Origin: Octopus sinensis
Taxonomy: Eukaryota
Direction of reading: 5' to 3'
NCBI RefSeq assembly: GCF_006345805.1
Contig: NW_021835873.1
Location: 1 to 37,817 of the forward strand
Length of the DNA stretch: 37,817 bases
Shown here in pieces: positions 25,046-34,984 of the stretch. The translations under genes were made by a program, and so were the position numbers. The first letter of the stretch is position 1. Each line of letters starts with the position of its first letter. The notes beneath the pieces were generated by a model, which saw nothing but the letters and a program-made list of their open reading frames with translations, did not search any database and was not told where the DNA came from.

Positions 25046-26008
25046 ATGGTTGTGGACGATGGAGCCACCTCCAGGATGGCACAGGTGGCAGGCGGTGTTC
25101 CGCAGGGCGCTGTCTTGTGGCCACTGCTGTTCGTGGTGGCCCTTTCGGACATGCCCTCAGTTGCTGGGATGGCCGCCCTTGCTGGCTGTACGGATGGCAC
25201 AGGGGTCTCCCACGCAGTGCAGGACCCTGGAGGTGTTGCGCGTCTGCAGCGGGAGTTGGATACAGTGTGCGAGTGGGCTTAGGATGGCAGCATGCAGTTT
25301 GATGCAGGTGGGTTCCAGGCCCTGCGCTGCCGGTGCACAGGGGTGGGCGACATGCGGGCTGGATGCACTGGCCCGGGTGGACTTGTGGTCCCTCAGTCGG
25401 GGTTGGTGCGTGATCTGGGCGTTGGCATGGGCGGTGATGATCTGGTGATGGAGTGCGGACGGCTGGCTGGATGGGTTCTCCGGGCTTTCGGAGCGGTGGT
25501 GGGGGTGAGACACTGATGGTCCTGTGGAAAACTTTCGTCCTCGGCCGCTTGGGCTGCTGCTCCCAGCTGTGGTCGCCGCACAGTGTGGAACTGACAGCGG
25601 GGCTCGGGGCAATTCGAGGAAGCTACATAGGGGGGATCGTCTCGGTGCCACATGTCGGCTGCTGGGAAAGACTGAGTGTTGGGACTCTTCTCCCTGGAGC
25701 GAGGGCGGGAGAGATGGGCTGTGATGTGCATCTGGAGGGTCTTGTCCCAGACTTTGGCATTCAGGGTTGCCTGAGAGACTTACATGGTGTGGATGTGGGT
25801 TTCTTTGAGGCTAAACTGGATCTCTTCTTGTCGGGGGTCCCAGGTGAGCCTGCCTCGCGGCGGGGGAGGTGGATGCGGGTGGCGGCATTGGGCTCCCTTG
25901 TTGACCGGGTGCCACGTATCGGGGTGGATTCACATATTGGTGTAGCTCATTCGGCAGTGGTGCCCCAGCATGGCCGCAGCCTTCGGGCTGAAACATTTTT
26001 AAGGATTT
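25046..26008 (+). mobile_element. 5'-truncated LINE copy B2 with massive A-to-G hypermutation
   Basis: Aligns to 29754-30808 (GVPQG..., CSQLWSPHS, 3' tail), but most substitutions are A to G (e.g. YADDTKV becomes CTDGTGV). Confidence 0.93.
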
Positions 26009-26140
26009 ATAAAGGTAAATAATGAACAAGTACCAGAATATAAAAATTACAAATATGTACATACAGAAAAACAGCATAATACTAAAGACCACCACATGCA
26101 TTCATGCAAATAAACCTACATGAACAAATAAATATATGTA

Positions 26141-26241
<101 letters not shown>

Positions 26242-26493
26242 CTATACTCATGTATCCACACACACACTGATCCAATAGTGATCACCATATGTTTAGTACA
26301 CTGACTCATACTATGTACAAAACAATATACTGAAATCCAAAACTGAATGCATATCAATATACATAAAAAGACCAATTGAAATCCAAAAGTAAATACATAT
26401 CAATATACATAAAAATAAAATTAAGGCCAGTATAAAAATACAGATATGCACAAAAAAATGTATAATATATGTGTGTATATATATAAATTTATA

Positions 26494-26547
<54 letters not shown>

Positions 26548-26591
26548 TATATATATGTATGTATATATGTATATATATGTATATATGTATA

Positions 26592-26959
26592 CTAGCAGTA
26601 TCACCCGGCGTTGCTCGGGTTTGTAAGGGAAATAACTATAAAGCATTTTTAGAGAGAGCCAAAAAATGGAAAAAAAATTATGGTAAATTTTTTTTTTAGT
26701 TAAAAAGGTCGAATTGCGTCCCCTAGACAGTCTGTGGTTTGTGTTTCTGATTCTCGACCTCATGTCGAATTTATCGATTTTTTTCAGAACTGGGGGAACT
26801 TTTCAAAATTTTCGCTGTGTTAGTTTTGAATTATGACATTGGGCTATGTGTGTGTCAAGTTTCATCAGAGTCTGTTGAAAGCCGTGGTCATGGTGAGGGT
26901 ACAACCTAACAGACACGCAGAAACACACACAGACAAAGTGCCGTTTATATATAGAGAGA
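26592..26959 (-). mobile_element. Complete non-autonomous Helitron (368 bp)
   Basis: Minus strand a|TCtctctatatataaacggcactttgtctgtgtgtg ... acccgagcaacgccgggtgatactgCTAG|t; canonical termini and A|T target. Confidence 0.88.
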
Positions 26960-26983
26960 TATATGTATATATATGTATGTATA

Positions 26984-27026
<43 letters not shown>

Positions 27027-27084
27027 GTATATATATGTATATATGTATATATATATATGTATATATATATATATGTATGTATAA

Positions 27085-27461
27085 TAAATATTAGGGAATA
27101 AATCCAAATTTACAGGGAAAAAATCAGATTTAGGATTAAATCGATTTTATAGTAAAATATTATAAAATATTATTCGAGACAAAACCACTATTTTGCAAAA
27201 CAAACAAGGAAAGACTTAATTAATACATAAAATTTTAATAAATAGTCAAAAAAACCGCCACTACAATCGTTTCTTGTCTTGATCGACAATCTTCATAATT
27301 TGACACTGAATTATTGGAAGTCCACCTGAAGATTGTCGATCAAGACAAGAAACGATTGTAGTGGCGGTTTTTTTGACTATTTATTAAAATTTTATGTATT
27401 AATTAAGTCTTTCCTTGTTTGTTTTGCAAAATAGTGGTTTTGTCTCGAATAATATTTTATA
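27085..27461. mobile_element. Penelope-like element pseudo-LTR remnant forming a perfect inverted repeat
   Basis: Arms 27161-27295 and 27327-27461 (135 bp each) with a 31-bp spacer; contains a hammerhead motif. Confidence 0.75.
27322..27364 (+). ncRNA. Minimal type I hammerhead ribozyme motif
   Basis: ccac CTGAAGA ttgtc-gatcaa-gacaa GAAA c-gatt-g TA gtgg: all core nucleotides present, stems I, II and III pair. Confidence 0.8.
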
Positions 27462-27527
27462 TGTATGTATATATATATATATGTATATATAAATATATGT
27501 ATGTATATTATGTATATATATAGTATG

Positions 27528-27559
<32 letters not shown>

Positions 27560-27696
27560 AATATATGTATGTATATATATATATGTATGTATATATATAT
27601 GTATATATGTATGTATATATATATATATATGTATATATATGTATGTATATATATCTCTATATATAGATATGTATATAAATGTATATATATACGTAT

Positions 27697-27729
<33 letters not shown>

Positions 27730-27854
27730 CTCACTGTGATCACCGTGACCGACCAGGCTATCAGATGTTGTTACACATCGCTTGTCACAATGCGCTTCGC
27801 ATTGTGTTTTAGCTTTCGAATGACGCCACCCCGCTGGCTAAGCGAGCAGGCCAA
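27730..27854. repeat. Short interspersed repeat fragment (probable retroelement 3' end) within a microsatellite
   Basis: GC-richer 125-bp island with hairpin cacaatgcg-ctt-cgcattgtg (27786-27806); family not assignable. Confidence 0.4.
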
Positions 27855-27938
27855 CATATATATATTTATATACATCTGTGTGTGTGTATGTATATATACA
27901 TATATATGTGTGTGTATATGTATATATACATATATATA

Positions 27939-30808
27939 TTGCAACCATGCAATCAAGCTATATGCATGGCACTCATAGAAACGCATCTTGGACCTGATAT
28001 AGGGGATGCAGAAATAAACACACTGCAATATGTTGTCATACGCTCACATAGAAAAGGAAGGAGTCATGGTGGAGTTGTAGTGTACATCCGAGATGACCTC
28101 ATACTCCAGGTCCTGTTGTCATATTCAAACTCATTGTGTGACACTCAAATTGTACACATAAGGCAACTGAATATCGTCATATGTACTACATATCGCCCAC
28201 CGGATATCCCAAATCACACAGGCATGTTTGAAGACTGCCTAACAAAAATAGGAGAAGTTCTCACCAACCTGGAACAACACAACAGTGTAATCTTCATGGG
28301 TGACTTTAACTTCCCCATTGTGGAATGGTCTGGGGGGCAGATGCTTCCAGGGATGACACACCATCAGCAGGCACAGACAGAGTCCCTGCTCCATCTCACA
28401 AATGCCTCTTTCATGGAGCAAATAGTGCTGCAACCAACAAGGGCAGATAATATACTGGATCTCTGCTTCACAAACAATATGGATATTATCCATAATGTTA
28501 AAGTGATGCTGATAATGATCTTGGATCACAACATAATAAAGCTGTCTATGTATGGACCAAAAGCCCCCGCAGACACAAGCCTATACGAAGCATCCACAAT
28601 CTCTCCAACTTAAACTTCATAAAGCAAATTGGAAATTGATTGAGAAAGAGATCCTCAAACAGGATTGGCCTAAAAGTCTCTCCACACCAAACATTGACAT
28701 GAAACAAGCGTTTCATGTCCATAATACAAGCCATATGTGACAAATATGTCCCAGTGTGCAAGGCCAGCACACACATAAACAAAAATAGGATCCCTAGAGA
28801 AAGGAAGATTCTTATGAGACGACGGACAAGGATTGCGAACCGCTTGAGCAAACACCAAAAGTGGTGAGAAGACTCGGCTCGAAAGTCTGCATCAGTCTAA
28901 TGAAAAGGAGAGAGCAGATAAAGAAGCTTGGGTAATAGAAAATATAAAGTCAAACCTTAAAGCTATCTTGAAGTTTGCCAAAGAGACAGCCACAGTGCAC
29001 CAGAGAATAGGACCTCTCTTCCAAAAAGATGGCTCCCTTACAGGAAATCCCACGAGGATAAGTGAAATATTGAACGAACAGTTCCAAAGTGTGTTCACTA
29101 CACCTCTAGGACACAGGCAAGTAAACAACCCAGAAGAATTCTTTGCCACTTTACCTGCGGCCAAAGAGGCAAAAATTGAGTACATCAACATTGAAGATGA
29201 TGATATCACACTGGCCATAGATGAGATTGACACAAACTCAGCTGCTGGACCTGATGGATTTCCAGCGATCCTTCTCAAATAGTGCAAACAAGCCCTTGCA
29301 AAACCGCTACAGCTTCTTTTGCAGAGCTTTCTTGCAAGTGGTAAGCTCCCAGTCAAATTGAAGGAGGGGGTAATATGCCCTATCCATAAGTGAGGAAGCA
29401 GAGCAGATGCTAAAAATTATAGGCCTATCTCTCTGACCTCACACATCAGCAAAGTCATGGAACGAATAGTCCGTAAGAAACTAATCATGTTCCTTGAAGA
29501 AAATGACTTGCTGCCTGAGACCCAGCATGAATTTCGACCAGGTAGAAGCTGCCTAACACAGCTCCTGCAACACTATGACTGGGTGTTGAAACAGCTACTA
29601 AATGGCTCAGGTGTGGATGTGGTGTGTCTCGACTTTGCAATGGCCTTTGATAGGGTCGACCATGGTATGATATGTCAAAAACTGCGTGGTCTCGGCATAG
29701 GCGGAAAACTTGGAGAGTGGCTGCACAACTTCCTAAAAGATAGAAAAAAGGCAGTTGTAAGCAATGGAGCCACCTCCAAGGAAACACAAATTAGAAGTGG
29801 TGTCCCGCAGGGCACTGTCTTGGGGCCACTGCTGTTCATAGTGGCCCTTTCAGATATGCCCTCAGTTGTTACGATGGCCACCCTTGCTAGCTATGCAGAT
29901 GACACAAAAGTCTCCCACTCAATACAAAACTCTGGAAATATTGCACATCTGCAAGAGGAGTTAGATACAATATACAGGTGGTCTGAGGACAACAACATGC
30001 AATTTAATGCAGGTAAGTTCCAGGCCCTGAACTACTGGCACACAAAGGTAAACGACATGCAGACTGGATCCACTGGCCCAGGAAGAATTGTAATTAATGA
30101 GTCAAAATCAGTGTGTGACCTGGGCATTGACATGAGCAATGATGCATCTTTCCAAGTGAATATTACTAATTTAGTGATAAAATGCAGACAGCTAGCTGCA
30201 GAACAAGAGAGAAGGAGACACTGGTGGTCCTTTGGAAAACTTTCATCCTCGGCCGCTTGGACTACTGCTCCCAACTATGGTCACCGCACAGTATAAAGCT
30301 AACAGCAGAACTCGAAGCAATTCAAAGAAGCTACACTAAGAAGATCGTCTCAATGCAACATATCAACTACTGGGAAAGACTGCATGTATTAAAACACTTC
30401 TCCCTGGAGCGAAGGCGGGAGAGATGTGCAGTGACATACATCTGGAAAATCCTGGAGAGTCTTGTCCCAAACTTTGGCATTCAAAGTGACCCCAACCGCA
30501 GAACGAGGCACCACTGCATGGTGCCAAAATTCCAACATCGCCACCAAAATACAGGACCAGATACTGCAACAGCTTGGGTTTCAGAGGACCACAGCTCTTT
30601 AACATCCTCCCTAAATGCCTGAGAGACTTGCATGGTGTGGATGTGGGTTTCTTTAAAACTAATCTGGATCTCTTCTTGTCGGGGGTCCCAGATGAACCTA
30701 CCTCACGACAGGAGACACAGATGCGGGCAGCGGCATCAAAATCCTTTGTTGACAAAGTGCCACTTATCAGAGGTGGATTCACATATTAGTGTAGATTTAA
30801 GGATTTAT
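27939..30808 (+). mobile_element. LINE copy B1 (same family, second subfamily): ORF2 APE-RT, disrupted
   Basis: MALIETHL, GGVVVY, YRPP, MGDFNFP, ILDLCFTN, SAAGPDGF, YRPISLTS, GVPQGTVLGPLLF, YADDTKV; ends ttaaggattta. Confidence 0.93.
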
Positions 30809-31292
30809 ACATATATATATATATATATATATACATACATATATATATACATACATATATATATACATACATATATATATATATATATATATGTATATGT
30901 ATATAATATATATATATATGTATATATATATATATGTGTATATATATGTATATATATATGTATATATATATATATATATATAATATAGATATATATATAT
31001 ATATATATTATCTATATATATATATATATATTATATATAAATTAGTAATGCAATACTAGTGTATTGCTTTCCAGTAAAGAATATCGGTACTTCGTTGTGC
31101 CATATATTACTCTTTGTATATTCATATATATATATTGTATATAACACATTTATATACATATATATATATATACCATTATATATATATATATATATACACA
31201 TATATATATATATAACATATGTATATATATATATATATACATATGTATATATATAATATATACATATGTTATATATATATATATTATATATC

Positions 31293-31323
<31 letters not shown>

Positions 31324-31600
31324 GTATATATATATATATATACATATGTATATATATTATAATATATGTATATATATACATATGTATATATATATATATA
31401 TATACATATGTATTAGTATATATAATATACATATGTATATATATATTATATATATACATATGTATATATATCTTATATCACTATACATATTGTATATATA
31501 TATATATATATATATACATATGTATATTATATATATATATATATACATATGTATATATATAATATACATATGTATATATTATTATATATATATATACATA

Positions 31601-31632
<32 letters not shown>

Positions 31633-31658
31633 TTATACATATGTATATATATATATAT
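30809..31658. repeat. (TA)n/(TACATATG) microsatellite with an ~80-bp non-repetitive island at 31040-31122
   Basis: Direct inspection. Confidence 0.95.
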
Positions 31659-32014
31659 TCGAAATCGAATTGAACCAGCCAGGATCCCTGGTCTGGTGTA
31701 CGTAAAAAGCACTATCCGACTCGTGGCCGATGCCAGCACCGCCTCGACTGGCTTCCGTGCCGGTGGCACATAAAATACTCCAATCTGACCGTGGCCGTTG
31801 CCAGCCCCGCCTGGCACCTGTGCAGGTGGCACGTAAAAGCACCCACTACACTCACGGAGTGGTTGGCGTTAGGAAGGGCATCCAGCTGTAGAAACATTGC
31901 CAGATTAGACTGGAGCCTGGTGCAGCCTTCTGGCTTCCCAGAACCCTGGTTGAACCGTCCAACCCATGCTAGCATGGAGAACGGACGTTAAACGATGATG
32001 ATGATGATGATGAT
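31659..32014 (+). mobile_element. RTE-tailed SINE-like element with internal repeats and (GAT)n tail
   Basis: ...ggcacgtaaaagcacccactacactc...gttggcgttaggaagggcatccagctgtagaaac...catgctagcatggagaacggacgttaaacgatgatg. Confidence 0.85.
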
Positions 32015-32023
32015 ATATATATA

Positions 32024-32414
32024 GGCGTAGGAGTGGCTGTGTGGTGGGTGGCTTGTTTGGCAGCCACATGGTTCTGGGTTCGGTCCCGCTGCGTGGCATC
32101 TTGGGCAGGTGTCATCTGCTGTGGCCCCGGGCCGACCAATGCCTTGTGGGTGGATTTGGTGGAAGGAAACTTAAAGACCCCTGTTGTGTATGTGTGTGTG
32201 TGTGTGTTTGTGTCTGCGTTTGTCCCCTCACCATAACTTGACAACCGATGTTGGTTTGTCTATGTCTCCGAAATTTAGCAGTTCAGCAAAAGAAACCAAT
32301 AGAATAAGTATTAGGCTTACAAAATAATAAGTCCTGGGGTCGATTTGTTCGACTAAAGGTGGTGCTCCAGCATGGCTGCAGTCAAAAGACTGGAACATGT
32401 GAAAGAGTAAAAAG
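32024..32414 (+). mobile_element. Full-length tRNA-derived SINE with a LINE-like 3' tail; 5' half enriched in A-to-G changes
   Basis: A box gtggctgtgtgg, B box ggttcggtccc, internal (TG)n, tail ggtgctccagcatggctgcagtcaaaagactggaac...aaagagtaaaaag. Confidence 0.85.
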
Positions 32415-32439
32415 TGGATATTTCTGAAGAAAACTGGGC

Positions 32440-32892
32440 TTGGTTTACCAGCTTCTGGTCGAGTAGCGCATCCTGCTCAAAAGGTCCCTGAATAAGGGTT
32501 GTTTAAGGATGTTGAAAGAACCACCCATGTTTCCAGAGGTGAATTATTCAAACCCCAAAGAATCCCTCTCGACACATGGCTATGATGTTCCCCCAACTAC
32601 TTCTGCTCGTGGTCAGAGATGCACATATCGTCAGCTGCTAAGGGACATGCTCAACTGGTTACGGTCAAACAACTGACAAGTAAATCTGTGGTATTGAGCA
32701 GAATATTTGCTGTAGCCCATCTTTTATACCAAGACAAAACAATGTACATGATAACACTTCCAATCAGTTAGGATCAGAAGCCATGAGAGCCACTGCCTGG
32801 TACTGCATCAGGGCATTAGAGCCACTGTCTGGTACTGCATCAGGGCATTAGAGCCACTGCCTGGTACTGCATCAGGGCAATTTATTATTATT
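32440..32892 (+). mobile_element. Probable LINE 3' UTR fragment ending in a 32-bp unit x3 and (TTA)n
   Basis: agagccactgcctggtactgcatcagggcatt at 32786, 32818 and 32850, then atttattattatt; no coding evidence. Confidence 0.5.
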
Positions 32893-33382
32893 AGAAGACC
32901 CGGCAAGACCAGTGAGAACAGTCAAAATCAAACCAAATCAACATCAGCAGCTGTGGTTAAGCGAACCATCCGATCGTTTGTCCGTTGCCAGCTTCGCTTG
33001 GCCCCCGTGCCATTGGCACATAAAAGCACCATCCGCTCGTGTCCGTTGCCAGCCTCGCCTGGCCCCCGTGCTGGTAGCACGTAAAAGCGCCATCCGTTTG
33101 TGTCCATTGCAAGCCTCTTCTACCCCCTGTGCTGGTGGCACGTAAAGACACCATCCGTTCGTGGCCGTTTGCCAGCTCTGTCTGGCACCTGTGCAGGTGG
33201 CACGTAAAAAGCACCCACTACACTCGTGGAGTGGTTGGCGTTAGGAAGGGCATCCAGCCGTAGAAACACTGCCAGATCAGACTGGAGCCTGATGAAGCCT
33301 TCCGGCTTCACAGACCCCAGTTGAACCGTCCAACCCATGCTAGCATGGAAAACGGACGCTAAATGATGATGATGATGATGAT
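32893..33382 (+). mobile_element. RTE-tailed SINE-like element with four ~61-bp internal units
   Basis: ccatccg anchors at 32966, 33029, 33090 and 33151; same 3' region and (GAT)n tail as 31659. Confidence 0.85.
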
Positions 33383-33398
33383 ATATATATATATATAC

Positions 33399-33441
<43 letters not shown>

Positions 33442-33471
33442 ATACACACACACACACATATATATATACAC

Positions 33472-33502
<31 letters not shown>

Positions 33503-33628
33503 ATATATATATATATACACACACACACACATATATATATACACATATTATATACATATATATACATATATATATACATATATACATATATATATATACA
33601 TAATATATATACATATATATATACATAC

Positions 33629-33665
<37 letters not shown>

Positions 33666-34131
33666 CACATATATATATACATATATATATATATATAATA
33701 AAATATTAGGGAGTAAATCCAAACTTACGGGGGAAAATTAGATTTAGGATTAAATCTAATTTTTTAGTATAAATATATTTTATATTAACTGAGAGATAAA
33801 ACCACTATTAGGCAAATCAAACAGTGAAAATCATAAGCCAATACATAGAAATAAAATCAATTAAAAAATATAAAAAATATAAAATATATAATATAAAAAT
33901 CGAATTAAAATATTTAAATTAAAGTTAAATTTTTTTAAAATTATTTAAATTAATAAATTAAACTTATATATTTTATATATATATATATATATATTTTTTT
34001 ATTATTATTTTATTTATTTTTTTTATAAATTTTAAACTATCAAAAAGTATTAAAAGTTAAATATAAGATAAAGAGTAAAAGCACTTTATCTTATATTAAA
34101 CTTTTAATACTTTTTGATAGTTTAAAATTAA

Positions 34132-34170
<39 letters not shown>

Positions 34171-34199
34171 AATAATAATATATATATATATTTATTTTT

Positions 34200-34262
34200 T
34201 TAATTTTTATTTTATCTAATATCAGCTCACGAGCTGTGGCCATGCTGGGGCACCACCATTGG
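34200..34262 (-). mobile_element. Ultra-short 3' tail copy of LINE family A
   Basis: Reverse complement of aatggtggtgccccagcatggccacagctcgtgagctga.a.tagataaaa (18375-18430). Confidence 0.85.
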
Positions 34263-34263
34263 C

Positions 34264-34338
<75 letters not shown>

Positions 34339-34347
34339 TATATATAT

Positions 34348-34410
34348 ACTCTTTTACTCTTTTACTTGTTTCAGTCATTTGACTGTGATCATGCTGGAGC
34401 ACCGCCTTTA
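34348..34410 (-). mobile_element. 3' tail fragment of the tRNA-derived SINE
   Basis: Reverse complement reads taaaggcggtgctccagcatgatcacagtcaaatgactgaaacaagtaaaagagtaaaagag, matching 32354-32414. Confidence 0.85.
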
Positions 34411-34573
34411 TGTATATATTTAAAATTTATAAGTTTAATTTATTAATTTAAATAACTTTTTAAAATTTTAACTTAAATTTAACTTATTTAAATATTTAAT
34501 TCAATCTATGTATTGGCTTATGATTTTCACTGTTTGATTTGCCTAATAGTGGTTTTATCTTTAATTTAATATG

Positions 34574-34659
<86 letters not shown>

Positions 34660-34724
34660 CCACATATATATATATATATACACATATATACATACATATA
34701 TATATATACACACACATATATATT

Positions 34725-34759
<35 letters not shown>

Positions 34760-34791
34760 TTTCCTCCGGCTTCCCTTCTCTAGATTTTTCC

Positions 34792-34826
34792 GTTTCTGAC
34801 GAAGAGCTCCGCTCGAAACGTAAAAC
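34792..34826 (+). ncRNA. Minimal hammerhead ribozyme motif in a ~170-bp Penelope-type fragment (34760-34930)
   Basis: gttt CTGACGA a gagc-tcc-gctc GAAA cg TA aaac; palindromic stem III (acgt). Confidence 0.7.
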
Positions 34827-34984
34827 TGTCCTTCTTCCCTTCCTTCCTGAGCATCCAATAACACTCTATTTGTTCCACGTCCTCGCGTTGTTATGTTTTC
34901 TCTTTGTGTTTTCGTGTTTGGATTAACTATATATACATATATATATATATACACATATATATACGTAATATACATATATATATA

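Larger units (their letters stand above)
33695..34570. repeat. AT-rich foldback element (Penelope-related left end), interrupted by two short retro-tails
   Basis: 33795-33849 is the reverse complement of 34505-34560; central hairpin 34028-34129; left end related to 27085-27195. Confidence 0.65.

Noticed and set aside
25046-26022. GC-rich ORFs as a host gene, or DGR-style template/variable repeat pair
   Set aside because: The ORFs are a by-product of A>G changes in a LINE. Substitutions go almost only to G, unlike the A-to-N pattern of DGRs, and no DGR architecture is present.
27939-27960. Copies B1 and A2 begin within about 10-15 nt of the same ORF2 position (shared truncation hotspot)
   Set aside because: Two cases cannot be distinguished from coincidence or from erosion by the adjacent microsatellite.
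32786-33216. CRISPR-like arrays (32-bp and 61-bp repeats)
   Set aside because: Units are contiguous with no unique spacers, there are no cas genes, and the context is eukaryotic retroelement DNA.
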